Numbered from the stretch's first letter, positions 1 to 10,246 are shown. The stretch: 64,000 bases of DNA from Planctomycetota bacterium (GCA_028281445.1 JANQJW010000014.1:30026-94025); one strand, 5' to 3'. Notes: a model not told the origin generated them from the letters alone. Translations and numbers: made by a program.

Positions 1-728
1 GTCGCAAGCGCACGATCCCGTGGACCGGCCTGCGCGTCATCCACCTGGAGAACGATCTCCTGCCCCCCGTCGACGGGCTCACCGGCGAAATCGAGCTCAC
101 CAACGGCACGCGCATCGCGCTGGCCAAGCCGCCGACCCTGACCGCGCGTGGGCTCACCGTCACATCGCGCTCCATGCCGGATGCGGAGCGCTCGATCGCG
201 ATGGAGTGCGTCCAGAGCATGCGCTGGTGGGGTGGGCAGTTCGTCTACGCATCCACGCTGCCGTTCAAGAGCGAGCGGCGGCCCTACTACGCCGACCCGG
301 AGGGCCTCATGGATCCCGCCTACCTCGAACGCTGGTTCGGTACGCGCGTCGATCGCCGGGCGTCCGGTTGTCCGTTGCGCATCGGCGGACAGCGCTACCG
401 TCGCGGCTTCGGCGTCAACAGCCACAGCATCATCGAGATCCCGCTCGACGGCGCCTACAAGAGCTTCGTCACCGGCTTCGGCATCGACGACGAAGTCCTG
501 CTGCAGGCGAGTGCGTCAGGCGGACGCGGCAACGTGGACGCACGCGTGCTCGCAGACGGGAAGGTGATCTGGGAGAAGAAGGGGGTCGAGGGCGGTACGA
601 AGGCACTGCGCGTCGGACCGCTCGACGTGTCCGACGCCAAGACGCTCGTGCTCGAGGTCGGCTTCGGCAAGAACTTCATGACGCTCGACCGGGCCGACTG
701 GGTTGATCCGATCCTGGTGCGCAAGTAG
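1..728 (+). CDS. C-terminal fragment of a protein with an NPCBM/NEW2-like carbohydrate-binding domain. The 5' end lies outside the window.
   Basis: Frame 3 is open from base 3 with no upstream stop. The C-terminal ~110 aa (GQRYRRGFGVNSHSIIEIPLDGAYKSFVTGFGIDDEV...VLADGKVIWEKKGV...LVLEVGFGKNFMTLDRADWVDPILV) fits the NPCBM domain pattern (Y..GiG.H..S.i.y.l...y..F...vGiDDe...v.F.V..DGk.l..S.....d.....v...G...L.L.v.d.gd....DhadWadA.l). Confidence 0.55.
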   Translation, partial: RKRTIPWTGLRVIHLENDLLPPVDGLTGEIELTNGTRIALAKPPTLTARGLTVTSRSMPDAERSIAMECVQSMRWWGGQFVYASTLPFKSERRPYYADPEGLMDPAYLERWFGTRVDRRASGCPLRIGGQRYRRGFGVNSHSIIEIPLDGAYKSFVTGFGIDDEVLLQASASGGRGNVDARVLADGKVIWEKKGVEGGTKALRVGPLDVSDAKTLVLEVGFGKNFMTLDRADWVDPILVRK

Positions 729-755
729 GGCGCCACGAGGTAAGGCATTGGGACC

Positions 756-3491
756 TTGGCGATGACCTTCCAGCATCCGGTCCTCTTCTGGGCGCTGCCG
801 GTGCTGGGTCTGTTGGTGTGGCTCCTGGAGCTACGCCTGCCTGCGGGCGACGTACGCCGCTTTGCACGCTGGAGCGTGCGCATGGCCCTGCTTGCCGTCA
901 TCGTCGCCGCGCTGGCGGGCCCGACACGCGAGCGCCGGGAACCGCTGGCACGCCGGGTCGTCGTTGCGGTGGACGCGTCCAATCGCATCACGCCCGGCGC
1001 GGAGGCGGAAGCGCGCGCGATCGCCGAGCGCCTCCGTTCGCAAGCGCGCGACGTCGGTGTCACCTTCGACACGATCCGGTTCACGACCAAGGCGGCCGCC
1101 CCCGGCGAGGCGCCGCCCGCCTCCGAGACGAGCTTCGGCGCAACGGGCCTCGCCGGTGCCCGCCTGCGCTTTCGCGAGCACGAGACGGGCGGCATCGTGC
1201 TTGTCAGCGACGGGCACGGCAACCTGAGCGGCGTCTCCGCTGCCGCCGACGCGTTGCGCCGCGAAGGCCTGGCCGTGGCCTCCGCCGCCGTGCCGGCGGA
1301 CGTCCCCGTCGTTGCGCGTCCGCCGCGCATCGTCAGCCTGCGCGCGCCGCGTCGCACGAGCGGCCCCTTCGAAGTGCGCTGCTCGATAGAGGCCGATGCG
1401 CCGAAGCGCCTGGAAGTCGTCCTGCGCGTGAACGGCGTCGAGCGCGGCCGTGATGCGGTCGAGGCGCGGCCCGACGGCGAAGTGCTCTTCGAGGACGTCG
1501 AGCTCGAACCCGGCCTACACGAGATCGCCGTCGAGCTGACCGACCCGGACGACAACGAAGAACGCACGCTGCGTCGGACGCTGGTCGAGGTCGGCACGCC
1601 GCCGCGCGTCGTCGCCCTGCTCGGCGACGCGGCGGGCTCGCCGTGGCGCAAGGCGCTCAGTGCGCAGGGTCTGCATGTAGCGGCCATCAAACCCGGCGGA
1701 CTCGCGGACTTCGTTGCCGACGGCCGGCGCGCCCCGGATCTCGTCCTTGCCGACGCAGCAGCACTCGCCGCGCTGCCGACGGCGGCTATTGCGCTCCTGG
1801 CGGAGCGCGTCCGCGAGGGACTCGGTCTGCTGATCGAAGCCGGCGGCTCGCAAGAGTCGTGGGACGCGCTCTCGCGCAGCGCGCTTGTCGGTCTCTTGCC
1901 CCTGCGCCCGCTGCCGGAACCGGAACCGCCGCCGCCGGAGCCCAAGCCGCAGGAAGAAGAGCCCGAGCCGCCGATCGATCCGCCGGAACCGGACGAAGGG
2001 CCGGGTCTGAAGGCCGAGCGGCGTCCGGAGGAGGCGCTGCCGATCACCCTGCTGCTCGTGCTGGACCGCAGCCCGAGCATGATCGGCGACAAGCTGCAGA
2101 TGGCGATCGAGGGGGCGCGCCAGGCGGCGCTCGCGCTCTCCCCCTGGGACCGAATCGGCGTCATCACGTTCGCGGACGACAGCACGCTCGACATCCGGCC
2201 GCGCAGCGCGCGGGGAGCGAGCTCGATTCCGCTATGGCTGAGCACCGTCGAGGCGGGCGGTAGGGGCACGAACATCTACGGCGCGCTGAAGCTCGCCTCG
2301 CGCGTGCTCGCACGCGAGAAGTCGCCGATCCTGCACCTGATTCTCCTCACCGACGGGCGCCAGTATCCGGACGGACCGATCTTCGGTCCGGTGGTCAAGC
2401 CGATGCGCGCCCGCGGCGTCACGATCACCGCGCTCGGAATCGGTCGCGGTGCACGCATGGATCAGTTGCGCGACATCGTGCAGTGGGCAGCCGCGGGCCA
2501 GGTGATCCCGGTCGGCAACATCGGCGCGATCCCGCGCGTGATCACGCGCGACACCATGAAGGTTGCCGAGAAGCGGCGCATCGACGCAGAGAAGCTCGAC
2601 GCGCGTCTGCGCGACAAGAACGCGGAGCCCAAGCCGCCCGAACCGCAGGAGGAGGAGAAGCCCCAGGAGCCGCGGCCGCGCAGTCCGGAGGACGCCGCGG
2701 GCCCGAAGGCGCCCGGGGCCGCGGACTCGGACACGCTGCTACCGCTGCGGGTCCGCCGGGCGCACGAGGCGCTGGCGGGGCTCTCGGTTGCCGGCCTGCC
2801 CACGATCGGCCTGCCGCGGCGCAGCGAGCCCACCTACGACGCCGCCGTGCTGCTCGCCCGGGAAGACGGGCGGCCCGTGCTGGCCGCCGGCCGCCCGGGA
2901 CTCGGCCGGGTGCTGGTGTGGACGCTGCCCGCGCGCGATCCGGGCATCTTCCGCTGGAAGGAGCTGGGCCGCCTCTACGGCCAGGCCGCGCGCTCGGTCA
3001 TCGCGCCGCGCGGTGCCTTCGCCTTCCTGCCCGAGGCGACCGTGGAGCAGGGTCCGGACGGCGCAGCGCTCCGCGTGATCTGGCCGCCGGGCGAGACACA
3101 GCGCAGGCTGCGTGTCCGCTGGGAGGGCCCGAACGGCATGAAGGACCTGGGCGTGTTCGCGCCGGATGACGGCGTCGAGGGGCGCATCCTGCCAGCAGCA
3201 CCCGTCGCCGCCCTCTGCCGGCTGCACCTGGAGCTCGAGCCGGGCCCCGCGCTGCCCGGCGTGTCGTACCTGGTAGAACCACCGCCCGTGCGCGAGCCGA
3301 TGGCGGGCGACCGCGAAGGCCTCGCGGCGGCCGTCGGCAGTGCGCCCGATGCGTTGGACGGGTTCATCGCCGCGCTGCCGACGGGCACGCGACCGGTCAC
3401 GGTCCCGCTCTGGTCGTGGTTCCTGTGGCTCGCCGTCGCGCTGCTACCGCTCGACGTCTGGCTGCACCGGCGCCGGGGGCTCGCGCGATGA
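756..3491 (+). CDS. BatA-like von Willebrand factor A (VWA) domain protein, 911 aa, with the aerotolerance-regulator N-terminal double-TM domain.
   Basis: N-terminus MAMTFQHPVLFWALPVLGLLVWLL is the BatA N-terminal/TIGR02226-type double-TM signature. The VWA/MIDAS region is LLLVLDRSPSMIGDKL...GTNIYGAL...LILLTDGRQ. Two Pro/Glu-rich low-complexity segments (PEPEPPPPEPKPQEEEPEPP, EPKPPEPQEEEKPQEPRP) are encoded by duplicated DNA. The stop overlaps the pdxA start (ATGA). Confidence 0.7.
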   Translation: MAMTFQHPVLFWALPVLGLLVWLLELRLPAGDVRRFARWSVRMALLAVIVAALAGPTRERREPLARRVVVAVDASNRITPGAEAEARAIAERLRSQARDVGVTFDTIRFTTKAAAPGEAPPASETSFGATGLAGARLRFREHETGGIVLVSDGHGNLSGVSAAADALRREGLAVASAAVPADVPVVARPPRIVSLRAPRRTSGPFEVRCSIEADAPKRLEVVLRVNGVERGRDAVEARPDGEVLFEDVELEPGLHEIAVELTDPDDNEERTLRRTLVEVGTPPRVVALLGDAAGSPWRKALSAQGLHVAAIKPGGLADFVADGRRAPDLVLADAAALAALPTAAIALLAERVREGLGLLIEAGGSQESWDALSRSALVGLLPLRPLPEPEPPPPEPKPQEEEPEPPIDPPEPDEGPGLKAERRPEEALPITLLLVLDRSPSMIGDKLQMAIEGARQAALALSPWDRIGVITFADDSTLDIRPRSARGASSIPLWLSTVEAGGRGTNIYGALKLASRVLAREKSPILHLILLTDGRQYPDGPIFGPVVKPMRARGVTITALGIGRGARMDQLRDIVQWAAAGQVIPVGNIGAIPRVITRDTMKVAEKRRIDAEKLDARLRDKNAEPKPPEPQEEEKPQEPRPRSPEDAAGPKAPGAADSDTLLPLRVRRAHEALAGLSVAGLPTIGLPRRSEPTYDAAVLLAREDGRPVLAAGRPGLGRVLVWTLPARDPGIFRWKELGRLYGQAARSVIAPRGAFAFLPEATVEQGPDGAALRVIWPPGETQRRLRVRWEGPNGMKDLGVFAPDDGVEGRILPAAPVAALCRLHLELEPGPALPGVSYLVEPPPVREPMAGDREGLAAAVGSAPDALDGFIAALPTGTRPVTVPLWSWFLWLAVALLPLDVWLHRRRGLAR

Positions 3492-4507
3492 GCCGGCCCA
3501 CGCTCGCCCTCACGCTCGGGGACGCCGCCGGCATCGGCCCGGAGATCGTGCTGCGCGCGATCACGGCACCCGACCCCGGTGCGCAACTGCTGGTCATCGG
3601 GTGCGCCGACGCCTTGCGGCGCGAGCTCGCACAGGTCGATGGCGCGCGACTGCCTCCGCTCGTCGAAGGCCCGGAGGGCCTGGGCGAGGTGCCGGGCGGC
3701 GTGGGTCTCTGGGACCGCTCCGCGGCGCTGGAGACGCTCCCCGCCTATGGGGTGATCGACGCCGCCTCCGGGGCGGCGTGCCACGCCTGGGTCTGCCAGG
3801 CCGCGTCGCTGGCGCGCGAAGGGCGTGTCGCGGGAGTCGTCACGGCCCCCATTCACAAGGGCGCCTGGCATGCCGCGGGCAGCGCCCATCCGGGGCACAC
3901 GGAGGTGCTGTGCGCCGAGGCGGGCAGCGAGCGCGTGCTCATGACCTTCGTGGCCGGCGCGCTGCGGGTCGCCCTCGCCACGATCCATGTGCCTCTGCGA
4001 ACGGTGGCGGATCGGCTCGAGACCGACCGGCTTGCTGCAGACCTGGTGTTGTTCTCGGCGGAGATCGCGCGGTGGTTCGGTTGCGCGCGGCCCCGGATCG
4101 GCGTCTGCGGGCTCAACCCCCACGCAGGCGAGGACGGCCTATTCGGCCACGAGGACGCCGAGATCATCGCCCCGGCCGTTGCGGCCGCCCGAGCAGCCGG
4201 GGTGGACGCAGAGGGCCCCCTGCCGGCAGACGCGTGCATCCCCGCAGGCGCGCGCGGGCGCTACGACGCCGTGTTCGCGATGTATCACGACCAGGCCCTG
4301 CCGGCGGTCAAGGCCCTGGCGCCGCGGGAGAGCGTCAACGTCACGCTCGGCCTGCCGTTCGTGCGCACCTCGGTCGATCACGGAACCGCCTTCGACATCG
4401 CGGGCCGTGGTATCGCGACCGCCGAGTCGCTGCACGCAGCCGTCGCACTGGCGGCTGAGATGGTGACGCCCCCGTCGAAGCGCGCAGAACGCCCGCCAAC
4501 CCGGTAA
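3488..4507 (+). CDS. pdxA: 4-hydroxythreonine-4-phosphate dehydrogenase PdxA.
   Basis: Full-length PdxA-like sequence with the GLNPHAGEDG motif, HTEVL, and the conserved His/metal ligands. The ATG at 3488 overlaps the upstream stop. Confidence 0.8.
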   Translation: MSRPTLALTLGDAAGIGPEIVLRAITAPDPGAQLLVIGCADALRRELAQVDGARLPPLVEGPEGLGEVPGGVGLWDRSAALETLPAYGVIDAASGAACHAWVCQAASLAREGRVAGVVTAPIHKGAWHAAGSAHPGHTEVLCAEAGSERVLMTFVAGALRVALATIHVPLRTVADRLETDRLAADLVLFSAEIARWFGCARPRIGVCGLNPHAGEDGLFGHEDAEIIAPAVAAARAAGVDAEGPLPADACIPAGARGRYDAVFAMYHDQALPAVKALAPRESVNVTLGLPFVRTSVDHGTAFDIAGRGIATAESLHAAVALAAEMVTPPSKRAERPPTR

Positions 4508-4660
4508 CTGCACTCAACTACTGTTGTCCGCCCTCCGACCTACTGTGAATAACGAAGGGTCGTAGCGTCCCGCGTGGAGCGCTCTGCGCGCGCAGAGCGC
4601 GCACGGGCTGGCGGGAAGGCGGGCCCCGGCAGGTCCCCGAAGCGGCAACGCGGGAGCGGC

Positions 4661-5236
4661 ATGGCGCGCAAGGCAACCGATCTTCTCGACGTCTTCCGCT
4701 TCAGCAGCGAAGACGGCGGCGGCAAGCGCCCGAAGCGGCGCTCTCGCGGCAACAGCAAGGGCGGCGGCGGACGCAGCAAGGGCGCCAAGAAGAAGAGCCG
4801 CGCCAAGCGGACGTTCGAGGGCATCTTCCTCAACGCCAGGCAGCTCCTGCTCGCGTCTTCGGCGCTGATGCTCCTGCTCGTCCTGAGCTTCGTTCTCGGA
4901 CTGGCCACCGGCCGCGGGGGCGAGGAGACGCCGGCGATCCAGCGCAGCCACGGTGCGCTGATCGCCGTCCGCGCCCGGCTCCCCGTCGTGGATCCTGCGA
5001 CGCGCCGCTCCGTGAGGCCCTCGGCCGTCGAAAAGCGGCTCAGCCAGGACTACGAGATCCCGAGCCGCAACATCCGGATCCAGCGCGATGGGACGGAGCT
5101 CGTCATCGAGATCGGCCCCTTCCACTCCGAGGCCCAGGCCAAGCGGTTCATCGAGCGTTCGGGCCTCGACATGGCGCACATCCACATGGAGAACCCGTTC
5201 CGGTACGCGGAGTTCGTGCCGTATCGGCGGGACTAG
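4661..5236 (+). CDS. SPOR-domain membrane protein (FtsN/DedD-like), with a basic N-terminus, one TM helix and a C-terminal SPOR domain. An alternative start is at 4574.
   Basis: A GGGAG RBS lies 8 nt upstream of the ATG at 4661. The N-terminus is K/R/G-rich, followed by the TM helix LLLASSALMLLLVLSFVLGLA. The C-terminus YEIPSRNIRIQRDGTELVIEIGPFHSEAQAKRFIERSG looks like a SPOR fold. Confidence 0.55.
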   Translation: MARKATDLLDVFRFSSEDGGGKRPKRRSRGNSKGGGGRSKGAKKKSRAKRTFEGIFLNARQLLLASSALMLLLVLSFVLGLATGRGGEETPAIQRSHGALIAVRARLPVVDPATRRSVRPSAVEKRLSQDYEIPSRNIRIQRDGTELVIEIGPFHSEAQAKRFIERSGLDMAHIHMENPFRYAEFVPYRRD

Positions 5237-5463
5237 CGGCGCCGGTTCCCGGCTGTTCTGCGACCCGCAGGGTGCCCAACCTCACGCCGTACGGTGTGCG
5301 CCTGCTCGGCCACGGCAACGGCCACGGCCACGGCAACGTGAGCGACATGCGGTCTCGCTAAGGGCGGCCGAGCCTCTAGCAGGCCCCTTCGGCCCACCGG
5401 CTTTTCTTGGGGCCCCACAGCCCGCCGGACCGATACTTCTGGGCTGCCTAGGAAGAAGCTGCC

Positions 5464-5703
5464 ATGTCCATCCACAAGAGCCTGAAGCTGAAGAACACCC
5501 TCGTCCGCCAGCGGAGCGTCCTGTCCCGCTGGGAGCGCATCGAGAAGCTGAAGGAAGAGGACCGCTGGCAGGAGGGCGACTCGGTCCTCGGCCTGCCCAA
5601 GGTGCGCACGAAGTTCAAGGTGCGCTCGCGCAAGAAGGCCAAGCAGGAAGAGGCCGAGGCCGCAGCCGCTGAGGCCGCCGACGGCGACGCCGCCGCCGAG
5701 TAG
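5464..5703 (+). CDS. Small basic (K/R-rich) protein, 79 aa, hypothetical.
   Basis: A GGAAGAAG RBS lies 5 nt upstream. Highly basic sequence with an acidic Ala-rich tail. Isolated ORF in an intergenic island. Confidence 0.45.
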   Translation: MSIHKSLKLKNTLVRQRSVLSRWERIEKLKEEDRWQEGDSVLGLPKVRTKFKVRSRKKAKQEEAEAAAAEAADGDAAAE

Positions 5704-5871
5704 CTCGGCACGCTGGATGCGCGACCTTCGCCGACGGTCGTCGCAGACGACGAGCAGCGCGAGCCGGCGAGCGTCTGCGAGAGTCGGCGCTGCGGCTCAT
5801 CGGCCTCGCGTGGGTCAACCACGCCACGGCCTCTTCGCCCTTGCGGCGCCTCCGACTAGAAAGCCAACCGA

Positions 5872-7176
5872 TCATTGGCCGGCGGGGACGCCGATGAGCT
5901 TCCCCTTGATGCGGCGAGGGGCGCGCTGGCGCGGCTTCTTTGGGAAGTCCGGCAGGCGGTCCTTGTTCTCGGCGTACCAGGCCTCGACCTCTGCGCGGCT
6001 GCGTAGCGGCTGATCGACCAGCTCGCTGAACGCCTTCACGAGGATGGGCTCGATCCACGTCTTCGTGTACGACGCACCGACCACCTTCACGTCGAGGATG
6101 GCGCCTTCCTGAAGGGTCGCGATGTTCGGGTTGGCAATGTTGCTGGCCTGTGCGATCTCGACGTCGTAGTCGCGCACGTAGGAGACCTGCGTCAGGAACG
6201 CAACCATGTTGCGCGTGGACGACCCGTGGCTGCGGAGGCGCTTCACGATGTAGCCGGCCGCTCGCTGGTCGCCGAGCATCGCCAACGCCTCGGCACCGTT
6301 GGCTGCGATGCGCGGGTTCTTGGCGTAGAGCGCACGAATGAACGGCATGGCGGTGTGATCGTGTCCGAACGAGTCCGCGGCGAGCACGGCCTCGCGCCGG
6401 ACCGACGCTTCACGGTCCCGCGCGCCGGAGAGGATGAGCGGCCGCAGCGCGGACTCGTCACCGAGCTCGGCGAGTAGGCGCGCCGACGTCGCGCGGACCT
6501 CCGCGTTGGAGTCGTACAGCGTGTCGAGCGCCGCCTTGAGCAGCAGCGACGAGGACGTACGCGCCAAGGCCAGCCGGGCGGCGCGCTTCAGCGGATCAGA
6601 GCCGTTCGCGAGCGTCCGGATGAGCACGCGCGTGCGCTCCTCGTCGGCGGGCACGGCGAGCTCGGGCGCGTCCTTGTCGGACGTCACCGCCTCCACCTCT
6701 GCCGGCAGCATCCAACGGCCCTGGTAGAGGACGAGGCCCTTGCCACGTCGTGCTGTCGCGGACTCGACCCACTTGCCGTCCAAGCGTTCGAAACCGAGCG
6801 CGCGGCGCGCGGCCGGATGATCGGGGTTCTGCGCAATGACGTGCCGGTACGCGGCGTCCGCAAGATCGTCGAGCCCGGCTTCCGAGGCCTTCAACGCGAG
6901 GCGGTACTGCCCCACGGCGTCCTTGGTGTCGACCGAAGCCGCTTCGCGCAGGAACTCCGCGCGCGGCGATACGCCGTACTTGACCGCAGCGACGGAGCGC
7001 GGCGCCATGTCGACCTTGCCCTTGTCGGTGGTGACGCGGTACCAGCCGTTCTCCAGCTTCTCGACCTTGCCCTCGAGGACGAGGCCGTCCTTGGTCGTGA
7101 GGACATCGGCTTCGGCCGCAGAGATGCCGGCGACGACGAGAAGGCCCAGGAGACACACAAGAGGCAGCGAGCGCAT
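5872..7176 (-). CDS. Secreted HEAT-repeat (PBS-lyase-type) protein.
   Basis: Signal peptide MRSLPLVCLLGLLVVAGISAAEA. Repeated A.LA.LGD..A...L motifs (HEAT/PBS lyase repeats) in the C-terminal half. Confidence 0.6.
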   Translation of the reverse strand: MRSLPLVCLLGLLVVAGISAAEADVLTTKDGLVLEGKVEKLENGWYRVTTDKGKVDMAPRSVAAVKYGVSPRAEFLREAASVDTKDAVGQYRLALKASEAGLDDLADAAYRHVIAQNPDHPAARRALGFERLDGKWVESATARRGKGLVLYQGRWMLPAEVEAVTSDKDAPELAVPADEERTRVLIRTLANGSDPLKRAARLALARTSSSLLLKAALDTLYDSNAEVRATSARLLAELGDESALRPLILSGARDREASVRREAVLAADSFGHDHTAMPFIRALYAKNPRIAANGAEALAMLGDQRAAGYIVKRLRSHGSSTRNMVAFLTQVSYVRDYDVEIAQASNIANPNIATLQEGAILDVKVVGASYTKTWIEPILVKAFSELVDQPLRSRAEVEAWYAENKDRLPDFPKKPRQRAPRRIKGKLIGVPAGQ

Positions 7177-7305
7177 GATTCGATCCTTTTTCCGTGGGAT
7201 GCGCGGGTCAACCTTACCAACGCCTCGAATCCCCCCCTGGCAGCGGACGATTGAGACGCGTCCGGGAGGTGGGACTTTTGGCGTTTCCGCGGCTGTAGGG
7301 CGGTG

Positions 7306-9135
7306 TCAGGGCCTGCGGCGCCGCCCGCGCAGGGCGAGGAACAGGGCTGCCAGCACGGCGGGCACGAGCAGGTAGGCCAGACACAGGAACAGCAGGTTGG
7401 CCTCGTCGGCCATCCGGTTGAAGTGGATCTTGTCGTAGAGCCGCATCGGCAGGATGCGTGGGTCGATGAGAATGACCGCGTCGAGCTCACGCAGCGCCAG
7501 CACGAGGACCACAAGGCCGCCCGCGAACACCCCGGGCCAGGCCAGCGGCGCGAGCAGCCGGACACCGCGCGTGGATGCTGACGCACCGAGCATGGCGGCG
7601 GACTCTTCGTGACCGGGACGGATCGCCCGCAGCGCTAGCCAGGCCGCCAGAAGGGCAAAGGGCAGAAAGCGCGCCGCGAGCACGAGTGTCGAACGCAGGA
7701 TGCCCTCTTCCAGGTCCAGCACCCAGTCGCCTGGAATCGCTTGCCAGAACAGCAGCGTACCGACGCCGAGCACAAGTCCGGGAACGGCCAGAGGCAGCGC
7801 GCCGACCACGAGCACGAACGTGCGCACGATGCGGCCGCCGCGCGTTGCCAGCCGTGCGAGCGGTATCGCCAGCGCGATGGCGAGCAACGCCGCTGCGAGC
7901 CCCGTCCAGAGCCAGCGGTCCCGCTCCTCCCGGCTTCCCCGCGTCCGGTCGAGCGTCTCGGTGAAGTCGAACAACGCGGCGCCGTCGGCGGACACCACCG
8001 CGGCCGGTGACGCCGAGCCTCCGGTCGCCGATTCCCCACCGGCACCGGCCCAGGACGCAATCCCTAGCAGCGGCATGAGCAGCGCGACCCCGAGCACCGC
8101 GAGTACGAACAGGTAGGCGAGCGCACGCTGCCACGCATGCATGCGCACGCGTGGCCGGAGCCGGCCCGGGCGGCCTGCGGCGAGGAGCGGACTGCCTCGC
8201 AAGAACCACAGCGCAAGGCCGAGCAAGGCGAACGTGATCAAGAGGAAGGGCGCGCCCGTGGCCACGGCACGACCTGTGTTTCCCTCCTGCTTCCACTGCA
8301 GCAGGATCTCCGTGGCGAAGACGTGGCTGGGTGCGCCGCCCGCAGGCAGCATGAAGCCGAGCACGTCGGGTACGGCGAAGTCGGTGAGCGCAATGAGAAA
8401 CGAGAGGACGAAGCTGCCCAGCACCGACGGCAGAACGGCCGGCACTACGACGTGACGAAACGCGGCGCGCCGCCCGCGCAACATGCGCGCGGACTCGTAC
8501 GGGCCGGCCGGCACGGCGGCGAGCGCCGGTGCGACAAGCAGGACCGTCAGCGGAAACAACACGCACCCGAAGACGAGCATGGCGTTCAACATCTGCAGCG
8601 TGCCGCCGCTCACCTCGAAGGCGCCGATCAGGAACTCCTGCATGCGGCGCGCGCCACCCAGCGCGATGAAGAACGGCGGGAGGATCGCGGGCCCGAGGCA
8701 AAGCGCCGCCATCAGCCGTCGCCCCCACAGGTCCGTCCGCCCGACGAGGAATGCGATCGGGAGGCCGAGCAGCAGCCCGAGCAGAGCGCCGCCGAACGCG
8801 ATCCAGACGCTGTTGCGCACGAGCCCCACGGTGCGGCTGTCCGTGAAGACGCGGCGATAGTGATCGAGCGAGTAGACCGTGCGGACCTCGGCCACCTCCT
8901 CGACGTCGAGGCTCCACGGCTGCTTCTCCATGCCCGGTGCCGGCTGGAGCGAGAACGTGACCTCCTCGTCACCCACCTGCACCTCACCCACGGCCCGGTA
9001 CGTCTCGCCGGACGTGGTGATCACGTCGACGGCCTGGAACGAACGCACGAACATCTGCACGACGGGCAGCACGAACGCGACCACCACGACCGCCCAGGCG
9101 AGCCAGGTCAGCGGGCGGAAGCGAGGCATGGACAT
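7306..9135 (-). CDS. Two-domain ABC transporter permease (FbpB/iron(III)-type, binding-protein-dependent inner-membrane component).
   Basis: Roughly 12 predicted TM helices in two tandem permease modules. Typical permease loops are present. The start is taken at MSMPRF. No cognate ATPase or substrate-binding gene is adjacent. Confidence 0.55.
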   Translation of the reverse strand: MSMPRFRPLTWLAWAVVVVAFVLPVVQMFVRSFQAVDVITTSGETYRAVGEVQVGDEEVTFSLQPAPGMEKQPWSLDVEEVAEVRTVYSLDHYRRVFTDSRTVGLVRNSVWIAFGGALLGLLLGLPIAFLVGRTDLWGRRLMAALCLGPAILPPFFIALGGARRMQEFLIGAFEVSGGTLQMLNAMLVFGCVLFPLTVLLVAPALAAVPAGPYESARMLRGRRAAFRHVVVPAVLPSVLGSFVLSFLIALTDFAVPDVLGFMLPAGGAPSHVFATEILLQWKQEGNTGRAVATGAPFLLITFALLGLALWFLRGSPLLAAGRPGRLRPRVRMHAWQRALAYLFVLAVLGVALLMPLLGIASWAGAGGESATGGSASPAAVVSADGAALFDFTETLDRTRGSREERDRWLWTGLAAALLAIALAIPLARLATRGGRIVRTFVLVVGALPLAVPGLVLGVGTLLFWQAIPGDWVLDLEEGILRSTLVLAARFLPFALLAAWLALRAIRPGHEESAAMLGASASTRGVRLLAPLAWPGVFAGGLVVLVLALRELDAVILIDPRILPMRLYDKIHFNRMADEANLLFLCLAYLLVPAVLAALFLALRGRRRRP

Positions 9136-9264
9136 GGCTGCGGGTTCCCGTCGCCGTGGCGTGCTGGTCAAGGGGCGTATCGGGCGCGGGACGCCCGTCC
9201 CCTCCCGGCGGCCCTCCGCCGGCGCCGCTGCACTCTCCCGCGCATGGCGTGCCGGGCGCGTGCG

Positions 9265-10182
9265 CTAGGCAGGCTGCGCGGCCTCCGCCTCGGCGTCCGC
9301 CGCCGCTTCGAAGCGCTCGCGGATGGCGAGCGTCAGAGGCCCCGGGGCGCCGCTGCCGACCGCCTGCCCGTCGATCGACACGACCGGGAGAATGCCACGT
9401 ACCGACGACGAGAGGAACACCTCGTCCGCCGCCCGCAGTGCCTCGGGGAGCAGCGTGGCCTCCGCCGCGGGAATGCCCGCCTCTTCACACAGCGCGAGGA
9501 TCCGCGTGCGCGTCGTGCCCTTGAGGATGCCCGCGTCGGTGGGCGGCGTCGTGAGCGCGCCGTCCTTGATGGCGTAGACGTTTGCCGTCGTCGCCTCGGT
9601 CACCTGACCGCGTGCGTTGAGCATGATGGCGTCGTCGGCGCCCGCGAGCTTGGCCTCGTGCAACGCGAGCACGTTGTTGAGGTAGTTGCCTGTCTTGGCC
9701 GCGGGGTCCAGCGCCTTCGCCGACAGCCGCAGACGATCGACGAGGGCGGCCCGGAGACCACGCTGCACATCCTCGTCCGACGGGCGGTTCGCGGGAGCGG
9801 CGACGACCACCACGGACTGTCGCGGCGTCTTGGCGAAGTCCAGACCGAGCGGTCCGGCGCCGCGCGTCACGACGAGGCGCACGTACGCGTCGTCGTCCGG
9901 TCCCCCACCGGCCGCGCGGACCGTCGTCTGGATCGCTTCGACGATCTCCTCGCGGGACGCCTGGATCTCCATGTAGAGCCGCCGGGCGGACGCTTCCAGC
10001 CGATCGAGGTGCTCGCGCTCCTGGATGAGCGCGCCCTTGTGCCACCAGAAGACCTCGTACACGGAGTCGCCGAACAGGAAGCCGCGATCGAGCGCGGGGA
10101 CTACCGCCTCCTCGCTGGTCGTTATCCGTCCGTCGACGTTGATGCGTATATCCACGCCGTGATGGTACTTCGCGGTACGCAT
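9265..10182 (-). CDS. Class IV aminotransferase (branched-chain amino acid aminotransferase or aminodeoxychorismate lyase family).
   Basis: DRGFLFGDSVYEV, EATTANVYAIKDG, and GILKGTTR (the GILpGiTR motif) are fold type IV PLP enzyme signatures. Confidence 0.75.
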   Translation of the reverse strand: MRTAKYHHGVDIRINVDGRITTSEEAVVPALDRGFLFGDSVYEVFWWHKGALIQEREHLDRLEASARRLYMEIQASREEIVEAIQTTVRAAGGGPDDDAYVRLVVTRGAGPLGLDFAKTPRQSVVVVAAPANRPSDEDVQRGLRAALVDRLRLSAKALDPAAKTGNYLNNVLALHEAKLAGADDAIMLNARGQVTEATTANVYAIKDGALTTPPTDAGILKGTTRTRILALCEEAGIPAAEATLLPEALRAADEVFLSSSVRGILPVVSIDGQAVGSGAPGPLTLAIRERFEAAADAEAEAAQPA

Positions 10183-10246
10183 GGCGACCCAACGCACGAC
10201 AGGGGCGGATGTTGCGGGAGGATGGGTTCGCACGGACGATGAGCCG

